This document shows, piece by piece, positions 44,602 through 57,182 of a stretch of DNA of 64,000 nt (within the stretch, counting starts at the first letter, position 1; each line of letters starts with the position of its first letter). The notes beneath the pieces are model-generated. The model worked only from the letters and a program-made list of their open reading frames with translations. It had not been told where the DNA came from and ran no database searches. The DNA comes from Octopus vulgaris (lineage: Eukaryota): contig OX597814.1 of NCBI GenBank assembly GCA_951406725.2, positions 162,440,001-162,504,000 on the forward strand. Reading direction: 5' to 3'. The position numbers were made by a program, and so were the translations under genes.

Positions 44602-44804
44602 GTGGGTGTGCTGGAAAGTTCCTGGCTTTAAGGCCTGGTTTGGAAGCCCAACCTTCCGAGTTCTTTGACATGCCTTAGAAAAACTGAAGGACCGTTGCAA
44701 TATGTGTGTGAATCTGAGAGGGGAATATGTTGAATAAAATCATAATTAACTAATCCTCCTATATTTTCTTTTACCCAACGCCAGGAAGTTTTCAGCACTC
44801 CTTG
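44601..44804 (+). mobile_element. Mariner-derived MITE / deletion derivative
   Basis: TIRs GTGCTGGAAAGTTCCTGGC / GCCAGGAAGTTTTCAGCAC. Retains the mariner C-terminus [20 protein letters not shown]. Confidence 0.85.
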
Positions 44805-44857
44805 TGCGTATGTGTGTGTGAGTATTTATATATATACATAAATACTCAGATATCTAG

Positions 44858-44911
<54 letters not shown>

Positions 44912-45329
44912 GTCTGTCTGTCTGTCTATCTATGTGTGTGTGTGTGTGTGATCCGTTCACAGCTGAGTAGACTGGAGCAACGTGAAATGAAGTGTTTTGC
45001 TTAGGAACCACGATCTTGTGTGCAACACCTTAGCCACTATATGCACTACTTAATATCAGTTTACTCTGAGAGCGCATGCAATCCGGTACATAATCAAGTC
45101 GTCTGTCACTAAAAGGGCACTCACAATGCCAACCTGTTGAAGTGGATTGCTAGAAATCCAGCAATACAAAAACAATATCTCTCAAAAATACGGATGAACC
45201 CAGCGGAAGTTCAATGATTTCACGCTTACACAGGAATAATGAGGAGATTTAGAAATTCCAGAGTGGTACCCGGCGCACTCCAAAGGACATGAAGAATCTT
45301 AGCTTTTTCAAAAACACTGCATTATCAGT

Positions 45330-45640
45330 AGCTGGCAGAAACGTTAGCATGCAGGGCGAAATGCGTTGCCGTATTTCGTATGCCGTTACGGTCTGAGTTC
45401 AAATTAACTTAATCCGTTTGTCTGTTCTTGTTTGTCTCCTCTGTGTTTAGCCCCTTGTGTGTAGTAAAGAAATAGGTATTTCGTCTGCCGCTACGTTCTG
45501 AGTTCAAATTCCGCCGAGGTCGACTTTGCTTTTCATCCTTTCGGGGTCGACAAATTAAATACCAGTGGCGTACTGGAGTAGATCTAATCGACTGGCCCAC
45601 TCCCCTAAAATTTCGGGCTTTGTGCCTAGAGTAGAAAAGA
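45330..45640 (+). mobile_element. SINE family A (internally deleted dimer)
   Basis: Matches 37860-38265 with a deletion. Confidence 0.82.
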
Positions 45641-46096
45641 TTATCAGTAGCATTTCATCTATGAACGTTCCACCGTTTTAGATGTATGTATCTATGACTG
45701 CACCACCAATGCATTCTTCTTGCTTAATAGTTCAAGTTTCTCATAGCTACAGCACTTAAATGGAGTAATGAACGTAGATCTAGGATATAGCGTTCTCAGA
45801 GTGAGGTACCGTTCTCGTATATGGGACGGTGCTGCTGCTACACCTCGCAAAAAACAAAAAAAGTAGTGAGGAGTTACTCGTTTGGTTGGGATGAAGTCGT
45901 TCACCACAAAACTCATATCTCTAGCGCACAGACATGCTGTCTCCCTACTCTACCTTTCTACAGTACTTCTGATCCTTGGGATTGGATGCTCTCGTGCTAT
46001 TTCCCCTTAAGCACTCTCGAATCACTCGTCTCTGCTATTCTTGTCATCCATATTGTGTCTTCCGAAATATTTTTCAGTTAAACACAATAAGGTGAA

Positions 46097-46345
46097 GGTA
46101 AAGTTACCTTCTCGAGTCATACTGACTCATAAGGGCTGGTTTCCCGGTTTCCATGGCGTATAAATTCCCCACCTGGACGGGACGACGCTCCGTTACAGGA
46201 TCACTCACATTTGTCAGCTGAGTGGACTGGAGCAACGTGAAATGAGGTGTTTTGCTCAAAAACACAACCTGTCGCCCGGTCCAGAAATCGAAACCATAAT
46301 CTTACTATCATGCGCTCAACAAGCTAACCACTAGCCACTGTACCC
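46097..46345 (-). mobile_element. SINE family C
   Basis: Colinear with 8965-9215. Confidence 0.78.
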
Positions 46346-46740
46346 AGTCCTTAAACCGCAATACATCAACCTACAGGAATTCTATTCAAGTCCATATTTT
46401 TCATACAGGCACCAACTTGGAACTGTTTCAAAGGAACGTGAAGAGTCGTTCTCATCTGCGATGGCCACAGGCAAGATTTCTTTCTCCAGACACCTCACAA
46501 AAAAAAAATGTATTGAGTTCCCTCGTTGACTTGTCTTATATTTGTTAGTAAGTTTTTATGTTGTGAAATATGATTGTCTTATTTTACATAAATTTTAAGA
46601 TTTTCAGCGCACTTCTTTTAACAGTATACTCGGAGCTAGGTTACAGGAAGAGTATTCATACATATTGTTGCTGCTTTGTTTTAATTAGTTTTTGTAAAAG
46701 TACACACGCGCACAAACACCCACCCACATATACATACACA

Positions 46741-46802
<62 letters not shown>

Positions 46803-47810
46803 TGCACACATACAAATATAAGCATACACACACATATATATGTGCACATATGAAGCAAACCCAATTAACCGTTATACATTATTATAATTATCCACAAGCA
46901 AAGGCTCTCTCTTTCATGCATTTTGACGTTGGCAGAAATAATTGTCCGTACAGTTGGACATTAGCTCTCTTGCATCACTTAGTCCTCTCTCGCATCATAG
47001 AACTCAATGACAGCTATATTTCAGCATAATTGTTTTTCACTTTGTTTGTTGGTAGTGTAGTGAAGGGGTACGGTGGTGGCGATCGAGAAGGTTATATCTA
47101 TCAAGTGGACAGTTTTATGGACATGACATAACTAATTGAAAAAGAGTCTTATCACCCTTAGCTTAGTGTTTCGTTCTTATAAGCCATTGATTTTTCAAGC
47201 TTTCACTTTGTTTTCATCAGTTCAAGCAAAGTCATATCTATAAACGAACACCCGCTGTGACGGAGACCAAAACTGTACAATTAGTTAACCAACTGTTAAT
47301 GTAACTAAATATTTATGTGAAGGTGGATGGACGGTGGATGGCAGAATCAAGAGTGGACCGGACAAAATTGCTTGCGGTATTTAACTTAAATCCTTTTAAG
47401 CTTTGAGTTCAAATCCCGTTGGTGTTTTCTTTGCCTTTTATCTTTCTGGCGTCGATAAAATAAATACAAATTAAGTGCTGGGTCGATCTAATCGATTATC
47501 CATAGCCGTGTGCCTATGTTAGAAAACAACAGTTAATTTGAATGTGAGGAGAGTGGATGGAAGAATTATTACAGATTCGAACAAAATGCGTTGTTTTAAT
47601 TCATCATCATCTTCATTAGTTATCGACTTCAACTTGAACTTGAGTTGGGACACGATGACGGACGCATCACATATTCCGCTCCGTCCTTAATGCTTAGTTA
47701 TGTCCAATTAAGTTCTGAGTTCAGAAGACTGGTAGGATTTAGTAAGTTGTTGTATATATAAGAATGTGTGTATATTGCGTGCTTCTATATGTATGTGTAA
47801 TATATGTTAG

Positions 47811-47985
47811 CACTAGCGTAGCTAGGGTGGGGAGGAGGGAGGGGGAGGTCTGTTCCGGGCATCACTTTTATGGGGGTGGCACCACTTTTGGATCTGCTGT
47901 AGGTAATATGTATTTATTCATGGGTGCCCGAGGGCGGCAAACTGAAAGGCTGCCTCGGGTGCTACACACTCTAGCTACGCTAGTG
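47811..47985. mobile_element. hAT-type MITE
   Basis: Perfect 15-bp TIR CACTAGCGTAGCTAG / CTAGCTACGCTAGTG and an 8-bp TSD TATGTTAG / TATATTAG. Confidence 0.88.
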
Positions 47986-47999
47986 TATATTAGTTAAAA

Positions 48000-48212
48000 A
48001 TTTTGGTACAAGGCCAACAAGTTCGGAGTGGAAGGAGGAGCTAAGTCGATTAAATCGACACCAGTGCTCAACTGGTACTTATATCATTGAGCCCGAAAGG
48101 ACGAAAGGCAAATTCGACTCAAGCAGAATTTGAACCTAGAACAGAAAGGCGGACGAAATGCCGCCAGGCATTTTGCCGGGCATGCAAACAATTCTGCCAG
48201 CTCGCTGCCTTT
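48000..48212 (-). mobile_element. SINE family A
   Basis: Diverged copy. An older + copy lies at about 47330-47530. Confidence 0.8.
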
Positions 48213-49228
48213 ATGTTTAATATATATTGCGATTTATTTCATTTTTATGTATCAGTCTCTTAGTAAGAGTATACATCACACAAACATATAATATGTCGTA
48301 TCTGACAGAATATAAGGTACATTTTCCTCCAAAAGTGCATCAGAAACTCAGTAACTTATAAAAAAATAGGTTAGGGTTTGAGAAACTGGCAACAAAGTCA
48401 GGGTTCAGGCACTGTAGTGTCCACAAAATGAACTGTAATCATCTATCTCTCACAAACCTGCTTCCCCGAGTCATTAGCATTTTCTGAGAAAACAGCGCAA
48501 ATCTGTAGAACTTACTTCACATGAATACCAGCCAGGAAGAAAATTGAATGATTGTTGTCGACCACACACATAAACAAACCAGCAGTCAATTGTGCACTAA
48601 ACTTAAGATCCTACGCTATTCCCACTACGTTTCCATTAGTTTGAAGCCAGTGATCATCGCGGTAAGACACTAACCTTGAGAAAAACGTTAACTTACAGTG
48701 CAATGTTTATTTAATTGACAGAAATAATCTATTTTGGGGTGAACAGTGATTAGACCTTTACAGACGGTTTAATTTTCATTACAGTATTTGTCTATTTGAT
48801 AGATACAAACATTCTGCTGTTGAACGGACATCTCGTTCAAGTTTAAAACTTTTAGGTTGCTATTAACCCCAGCATATAGAAAACATGTTTATACAATTGC
48901 TTACAAGTTTCAAGTAATAACAGAGTGAACTTTGAACCGGATGTTTGAATGTCCGAATATCTAACAATATTGGACTGCAGCAGTAAAAGCGATGATTTCC
49001 TGAAAGAAAATGGAGGGAAAACTTTCTAAACTTTTCAGAAGCCGGACCCATTCAGTTATCCTCATGACTCAAGCATGTTGAAGATTTAATTTTTGTTTAT
49101 TTCAACCCCAGAAAGAGTCTTGCAACTTTTGTCATACATTTCCCAAAGAGAGAAAACTTAAATTATTTATTTTCCAACATTTTTAGAAGCCAGACCAACT
49201 TTTGTGTGCGTGCGTGCGCGCGAGTCTG

Positions 49229-49300
<72 letters not shown>

Positions 49301-49457
49301 CATACACGCATACATACAAATATGTACGTATGTATGCATGTATATATGTATGTGTGCGTGCGTGTAGGTGTCGAAACAGTGGTGATATTTGGTCGATAAC
49401 TGATGAAGGGTTGTGCATACCTGCGTCTATAATGCGTGTTTTCCTTGTTTTTCTATA

Positions 49458-49497
<40 letters not shown>

Positions 49498-50407
49498 CAT
49501 ATATGTGTATGTGTGTATAACACGCTCGAGTTAAAAATGGTGCTCATAACACTGAAAGTATATCGTACATTCATGAAAAGCAGGAAGCAATAAAGAAAAT
49601 ATAGAAACTTGTGCCAAAGTTTTTCTACATATTTACAAGTGAAGTAAGTGCTGTGAGCCATAATCTGTGCTCCCATATCAACGAACAGTTCAGTGTTATT
49701 TTCATTACTGTATTGGAATAAACGTTTTTCAACACAACTTTGCATAGAGAAGTTATAACAACAATTACTTTGACACGAACTATTTTGGCATAATAGCTGC
49801 TCAAGACAAAATTAATCTAGGTACACCGGTTGGTCCAGATGGTTCCTCTGGAAAACATTAAAAAATAGTTTTACAAAGTGGCAAGCTCCCACAAAACTTG
49901 AATATCAATATATTTCTCATCCGTAAGAAAAAGAACCGCAATATCGGTGTGAAACAGATTACACTCCTAAATAAAAATGGCTTCCTATGCGACACCAACA
50001 TGGTTCCTGAGGAAGAAATAACTGCCTTGTACAATTGATGCAGCATTATGTTAAAACAGGTGCTCAACGAGTCTATTGAGTGGTTTTTGCTCTCAAACCA
50101 GGTGCTTGCTTCGAGTCCTTGAAAGTGAATCAATTCCAATAAATGTACCCAATAGCCGGAGATGCTGTTAAAAATGAACAGCATTTTAGGCTTATCGCTT
50201 TCTATCAACATTAAAGAGCAGCGGTTGTAGTATGTTTTATGGTGTGGCCAGCAATAGAAAGGTTAACTGTCAACATAACATTTAGAAAGTTAGAGATGTT
50301 AACATAAAACCCAAAAGTTCTAATCGATTTTAGCACTGAAAAATAAATGGTTTGTCTTGACCATTTATAAGATAATATAAGATGGACGAAAGGGAGAGAG
50401 AGAGAGG

Positions 50408-50475
<68 letters not shown>

Positions 50476-50674
50476 ATGTAGAGACAGAGAGAGAGAGAGA
50501 ATGAGAAAGAAGGTTATTGATGAACTATATAGTGTGGTAAAAGTTGGAAATAAAAAGAAGTTCGTTGGGAATGAGCGATATTTATATTTTTGCACTTCAG
50601 TATTGGGCAGATAAGTACGTGCAAGTTATTTTCAATAAAATTTCTAATATATTGTTAGAAAAAAAAAGACTCAC

Positions 50675-50720
50675 CTATACATTTCAGTGTAATGTGCAAT
50701 AACGTCAATGTAAAGCTTAC
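50675..50720 (-). other. 46-nt exon-like segment beginning with a 5' splice-site motif (candidate recursive-splicing exon or ordinary small exon)
   Basis: Minus strand reads ttcttcttttgttattttcag|GTAAGCTTTACATTGACG...AATGTATAG|gtgagt. Confidence 0.6.
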
Positions 50721-50848
50721 CTGAAAATAACAAAAGAAGAATAGTAAGAATAATCATATTACATGTATAACAGTTAAAAAATGTATATATATATATATGG
50801 AAAAAAGTCAAGATAGAAAATGCTAAAATAATTTTATAAAAAACATTT

Positions 50849-50884
50849 CAGTACCGGTTTCAGTCATTGAGACTTTTTCAACTG
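50849..50884 (-). ncRNA. Minimal hammerhead-like motif with variant core (U3-A8)
   Basis: Minus strand reads CAG-TTGAAAA-a-GTC-tcaat-GAC-t-GAAA-CCGG-TA-CTG. Confidence 0.6.
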
Positions 50885-51350
50885 TAAGTATGGAAAACAA
50901 TTAAATTTTGTCAAAATTAAAAGTAAAGTTTTTTTAAAAGAATATTTGCATAGTGTTCAAGTACAAGCGTCATTTTCCTTGTTTTTGCCTCTCTGTGTCT
51001 CTCTTGCTTACTATTGTGGGTTCGAGGTCATTATTTATTCATTCATTCATGCTTCCCCTTGTACTAATCATTTTCCTTTTACATGTTTCTAAGTATTTTT
51101 CTAAACACACAATTCTTACTTTCCAATAACTCAAAATTTCTGTCGGGCGACGTGCACCATATATATATATATATAATAATAAATATTAGGGAATGAATCC
51201 AAAATTACAGGGAAAAATCAGATTTAGGGTTAAATCCAATTTTATAGTAAAATATTATATAATATAATTCGAGACAAAACCACTATTTTAAAACCAAACA
51301 AGGAAAGACTTAATCAATACATAAAATTTTAATATAAATTAAATAAACCG

Positions 51351-51394
51351 CCACTAAAAATGTTTCATGTCTGCTACCGACAATCTTCAGGTGG
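51351..51394 (-). ncRNA. Minimal type-I hammerhead ribozyme motif (mirror copy)
   Basis: Exact reverse complement of 51463-51506. Confidence 0.75.
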
Positions 51395-51462
51395 ATTTTC
51401 GATCTTCTAATCAGTATCAAATTTTGACTTCAAAATTTGATACTGATTAGAAGATCGAAAAT

Positions 51463-51506
51463 CCACCTGAAGATTGTCGGTAGCAGACATGAAACATTTT
51501 TAGTGG
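51463..51506 (+). ncRNA. Minimal type-I hammerhead ribozyme motif
   Basis: CCAC-CTGAAGA-t-TGTC-ggtagca-GACA-t-GAAA-cattt-TTA-GTGG gives stem I, intact core boxes, stem II and a minimal stem III. Confidence 0.75.
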
Positions 51507-51590
51507 CGGTTTATTTAATTTATATTAAAATTTTATGTATTGATTAAGTCTTTCCTTGTTTGGTTTTAAAATAGTGGTTTTGTCTCGAAT

Positions 51591-51665
<75 letters not shown>

Positions 51666-52175
51666 AATCAGAGAAAAACCACTATTATTTAATTCAAACA
51701 ATATATATAATATATTATATTTTATATATATACCGTTTTGGGGAGAGTGAAATGGAGAGCGCTGCAAAATGATGCTTGTATAATTGTATATTAGTGCAAC
51801 ATTTAGTAGGTTGAACAAAATGTGATAAATATATGACATGTTTTAAAAGACGAAATAAAGTAGACGTTTGCAAAATAATGATGAAATAAATGAATAAAAA
51901 ATACTGCTTGGCATTGAACTTCAACTATGTTTCTGATAGCTAGGAATGAAAACGAGTAGTTCTAACACTGAATGTTAACTGGGTATTTTGTTATGTGCCA
52001 AAGATGCTGATAACGTTAAATTATATCTAGATCCTGAAATCGAAGAATTAGACTAGTTTTACGCACACAAATATGTAGGAATGGATAAAACTAATAAGAT
52101 ACAACAGCCAGAAATAAAAGATTAAATTAGAAAATAAAATATTGCAGAAAGGACAGACTAACTTAAAAAAATAAC

Positions 52176-52410
52176 TATTTCTTTACTACCCTCAAGGGGC
52201 TAAACACAGAGGGGACAAACAAGGACAGGCAAACGGATTAAATCGATTACATTGACCCCAATGCGTAACTGGTACTTAATTTATCGACCCCGAAAGGATG
52301 AAAGGCAAAGTCGACCTCGGCGGAATTTGAACTCAGAACGTAACGGCAGACGAAATACGGGTACGCATTTCGCCCGGCGTGCTTACGTTTCTGTCAGCTC
52401 AACGCCTTGC
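52176..52410 (-). mobile_element. SINE family A
   Basis: Near-consensus copy. Confidence 0.88.
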
Positions 52411-52869
52411 TAACCTTAAAAAATAACTTGAGACTAAAAACAGTAAAATGTTGACCAAACTGCGGTTCGTGATCTGCATACAGCTTTCAATGATACTGGG
52501 CGCTACTCCTAAAATTTAAAATATTAACTGTGAAAATCAACACGATAAAAAGCCTTCAACAAGTAGAGATTAATCAATCTCTTTTAGTATTTTAGTGAGT
52601 AAAACCATGAAGCGGTGTATTTTCTAATTTATAATTTTAAAGATATATGTGTAGGCACTTGAGCGAAAAGAAAAAAAAAAACATCGCAATTAGCTTTTAT
52701 TATCAAACAACTTGTCCACCTTGGTATAAGTACGCTACTAATTTCAGTTAGAAACTATGTCTCGAAAATACGTAATATACAGGAAGTTAAGTTTACTTGT
52801 AGTAGGACTTAGATTGGGAAGCGAACACTGCATTGAGCAATTAATTCAGATAAGATATATCGATTATCT

Positions 52870-53260
52870 TTTATTTGTTTCTGTCATTAGACCGCTGCTA
52901 TGCAGGGACACTGCTTTCAAGGGTTTAGTCGAACAAATCGACTCTAGGACATATGTTATGCTTTCAAGTCTGATATTTATTCCATCGGTCTCTTTTGCCA
53001 AACCGCTAAATTACGGAGAAGTACACAAAATTACACCGGTTGCCAAGCGGTAGGGGCGACAACACATACGCACACATACAATCGCGCACATGCACTTATA
53101 GTTTCCACTGAGTTTCCCTCTACCAATTTCGCTCACAAGACATTGGTCAACCCAAAGTTATTTATAGTAGAAGGCACTATCTCAAGATGCCGTGCAATGA
53201 GATTGAACACGAAACGACTTGGTTGCAAAGCGAACCTCTTAACCACGCAGCCATGCCTGT
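52870..53260 (-). mobile_element. Old SINE family B
   Basis: Diverged but colinear with the consensus. Confidence 0.7.
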
Positions 53261-53559
53261 CTGCTCAGTACACAAGGTGCGCGTGGTTCGACACAAATTT
53301 TGAGCTATTAGAAAATAGGAATCGTGTGTTTAGAGAAATACTTAGAAACATGTAAAAGGAAACTGATTAGTACAAGGGAAAGCATGAATAAATAAATAAA
53401 TAAATAAAATGAAAAGGTCTTTTAATATAAAGAAACAAGATATAAACAAGAAGTTAACTACATCGAAGAAAAGGTCCAGATAAAGGGGGAAAAACAGTAA
53501 AGGAAAAAATAAAAGAAATAAAATGGTATTCCATAATACACTAATAAAAAAGCTACAAA

Positions 53560-53990
53560 AAAACCCCCACAGCATGGCCAATATCCTGCAAGAATCAACA
53601 GAGAGGAAGTAAGTCAGCGTGAAATCCAACAATGGCTCAACATTTCTGGACTAAAAGCAGAGAAGGAAGGAAGGTTTGATTTTAGTTGCACAGGATCAAT
53701 GACTGGCCACAGAAAAAAAAAAAAAAAAAAGAAAGACAGAAAGAAAAATCCAACAAAAACAAAAATCTTCTTAACATCAACTGCAGGCTATGCAATCAGT
53801 ACAAAGGAACAATTGATCACATGATTTCTAGTTGTTGAGTCTTTACAAAAAAAGAATACTACATGGACATGCCTGGATATGTCCATTGGAAAATATGTCG
53901 ACATTTCAACATGAATACTGAGAGGAAGTGGCATAAGCTTGTACCAAAACCGAATCCTGAAATGGAAATTTGAAAGTAAAAACGATACCA
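53560..53990 (+). mobile_element. Decayed R4/Dong-like non-LTR retrotransposon fragment
   Basis: Remnants SGLKAE, LILVAQDQ and the CCHC knuckle CRLCNQYKGTIDHMISSC, typical of restriction-like-endonuclease LINEs. Confidence 0.65.
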
Positions 53991-54384
53991 ATAGCAATAA
54001 GGTTACTAGATACGATGAAGAGCATCAACAAAAACGGAAAAGCCATTACAGGGCTTTTTGCAGTTTAATACATAGTCCTAACAATAGCTTGGCTAAATGC
54101 AGCTTTCATTCTGGGTTACAGATATTCAATTCAGAATCTCAGTAGATGGATGTATTCGATTTAATTGACCCTAAAGTTTCACAGATATTGTTTTTGTCTC
54201 TTGAACCTAGTGGAAGCTGAACGTAAAGGAGTGATATTGGCGATGACTGTGATGATGATGGTGATGATGATGATGATGATGATGATGATGACGACGACGA
54301 TGCCGATGATGGTGACGGTGGAGGTAATAATGATGATGATGATGGTGATGATGACGACGACGATGTTGGTGGTGGGGGTGATGA

Positions 54385-54486
54385 TGATGATGATGATTAT
54401 AAATGGAGAGAATAATGATGGCATTACAATGATGAAACTTTCTAAACGAAAAATTTTCTCTGGCCCATGAACACTCACAATCAATG

Positions 54487-54560
<74 letters not shown>

Positions 54561-54762
54561 ATTGGCAAACCTCCTTCAATAGAAACCAGGAATAATAAGA
54601 GTAACAAGAAGAGTACAATGAAGAGGTAAATGTTAAACAGATATCTCCGCCATTTTAACAGCTCACATTTTAAAGGAATTTGAATTGAAACTGGCATTTC
54701 ACGGAAATCAGTGAATGTAAATTTGCACGCATACATACGTGTGTGTGTGTATACATACATAT

Positions 54763-54811
<49 letters not shown>

Positions 54812-55325
54812 CATACGTTTATATGCATATATCACTATATAGTTATCTAATGACTCCCTCTTTTAAGCGTGGTCCTAATAACACATTTCTTAAGACATGT
54901 CCCTCTTGTTTTGACTTTCCTGTTTCTGCCCATTATATATATATGTGTGTGTGTATATACACATACACACATATACACATGCTTGCATACACTTACATAG
55001 ATTCATACAAGAGCGCGCGCACACAAATTTACAACCACCAATACCCGTGAAATGCCAATTCCAATTGAAATCCCTCTAAAATGTGTTGTTTATATGGCGG
55101 AGAGATCTGCTTAACATTTACTTATTCATTACACTCACTTGTTACTCTCATTATCTCCAGTCAGTATTGAAGGAGCTTTGCCAACGTTTATCTCTCTCCC
55201 AGTCCCCCCCCTCTCTCTCTAAATCAAATTGATTTTAAATATTTTCCCTTCACGGCTCAGGGAAATATTTCATTCATTGGGAAGGCTTTCAGCATCGCCA
55301 ATATAATCATCATCATCATTATTAT
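54385..55325. repeat. Old inverted duplication (about 54385-54705 vs 55046-55325)
   Basis: GTAAATGTTAAACAGATATCTCCGCCAT...TGGCATTTCACGG is mirrored by CCGTGAAATGCCA...ATGGCGGAGAGATCTGCTTAACATTTAC. Confidence 0.8.
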
Positions 55326-55547
55326 CATAATCATCGATGTTGGCACTTCTCTCGCAGCTATATCCACACAACCATCACCACCACCATCACCACCACTACT
55401 ACCACTGTAGTTATTGTCATTATAACCTACCTCACAACATATTTGTCTCTTCTAATACATCAATGTTCACCAATCATTTCACTGAGTTTTTAAAATAACA
55501 TTTTCAACAACAATCCGTTTCCTCTCTCTCTCTTTCTATTTCTCTCC

Positions 55548-55808
55548 CCAATCCACAACCTGGCTGGTAGCTCTTATATAATAAAAATCACTTGTACACA
55601 CCTCTCTCCCTAATTTCCCCCCTCCTCCTCCTCCCGTCCCTGTAATCCAGAACCTAACTAGCATCTCTTATATAATAAAGCGACTCGCACAGATGTGTCT
55701 CCTATTCCCTCCCGCGTATTCTTTTCATGCCCTCCTACTCCCTCACGCCAATCCAGAACCCGGCTCACATCTCTCTTATATAACACAACAACCACTTGTG
55801 CAGACGCC
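55548..55808 (+). repeat. Three diverged tandem units of about 100 bp
   Basis: AATCCA(C/G)AACC...CTCTTATATAA...ACT(T/C)G recurs at about 55550, 55644 and 55750. Confidence 0.7.
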
Positions 55809-56048
55809 TAGTCTTCATTATAGAAAAAGCCAGTTACTAAAACATTGCTAAATATTGACACAGACGTGTTAACATGTTCAACTAGCAACCTGTTCCGGTG
55901 CAAGTGCAGCCAACCGCAAAAATACACATCGTTATTATATGGACGACCTTCAGTTATGGTTTTCGGACCACGTCTTCTCAAACTGCAGCGAGCAAACATT
56001 AAACCCTGCAATTGCTGCAGCTACTGCTGGTGCTGGTGCTGATTATGA

Positions 56049-56086
<38 letters not shown>

Positions 56087-56494
56087 TTGCTGTTCTTATT
56101 AATGTCGTTGTCGTTTTTGTTGTTGCTTCCCCTGCTGTTGCTGCTACGCCTCCTCCTACTACTACTACTACAACCACCATTACTAGTACACAATCGAATA
56201 CACATACTACACAATTGAATACACATATGGACAAAATATATGCACATATATACGCATGTAAACTGTGTACTTATTTTAGGCAAAGTGTTTGTGTTTCTAT
56301 TTAGAGTATACGGTCTGATTCTCATACACACACACACACACACACACACGTGTACACAAACATATACATACACAGGCATGTGTATTCCATGTCTAAAATA
56401 AGCGCTTAGATATAAATAAGTGTATACATGCATATGTATACAAAAGTGCTGGCGCGATCCCTTTCATATAAATTCACGCGCGGTTGTGTAAATA

Positions 56495-57155
56495 TTGGTT
56501 TCAAATTTTGGCACAAGGCCAGCAAGTTTGGGGGAGGGGGATGAGTCAATTATATCGACCCCAGCACTCAGGTGGTAGTTATTTTGTCGACCCCGAAACG
56601 ATGACAGGCAAAGTAGGTCTCGGCTGATTTTGAACTCAGAATGTAAAGACGGACGAAACGCCGCTAAGCAATTTTTCCCGGTGTTGCTAACGATTCTGCC
56701 AGTTTAACTGGCGTGTAAATATTCTTTTCTACTCTAGGCACAAGGATCGAAAGTTTTGAGGTGTGAGCCAGTCGCTTAGATCGGCCCTAGTACGCAACTG
56801 GTACTTAATTTATCGACCCCCAAAAGGATGAAAAGCAAAGTCGAACTCGGCGGAATCTGAACTCAGAACGAAAAGACAGTCGAAATACCGCTAAGCAAAA
56901 AGCCCGGCGTGCTAACGTTTCTTATTTCTTTATTACCCACAAGGGGCTGAACATAGAGGGGACAAACAAGGACAGACAAACGGATTAAGTCGATTATATC
57001 GACCCCAGCGCGTAACTGGTACTTATTTAATCGACCCCGAAAGGATGAAAGGCAAAGTCGACCTCGGCGGAATTTGAACTCAGAACGTAACGGCAGACGA
57101 AATACAGCTAAGCATTTCGACAGGTGTGATAACGTTTCTGCCAGCTCGCCGCCTT
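56495..57155 (-). mobile_element. Three tandem SINE family A copies
   Basis: Central domain at about 56590, 56815 and 57035. Confidence 0.88.
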
Positions 57156-57182
57156 CTGGCGTGTAAATATTACTTATACAAA

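Larger units (their letters stand above)
51256..51601. repeat. Perfect palindrome with 172-bp arms and a 2-nt centre (Penelope-like inverted repeat)
   Basis: 51256-51427 is the reverse complement of 51430-51601, with centre CT. Flanked by (TA)n tracts. Confidence 0.95.

Noticed and set aside
27935-49420. Isolated CTGATGAAG(G)/CTGATGAA boxes at about 27940 (minus), 43567 and 49400
   Set aside because: Possibly Penelope-like remnants, but no complete stem II-GAAA-stem I fold could be built.
49858-50211. 117-aa ORF in complex sequence
   Set aside because: No recognisable motif or splice support. Possibly decayed transposon sequence but not assignable.
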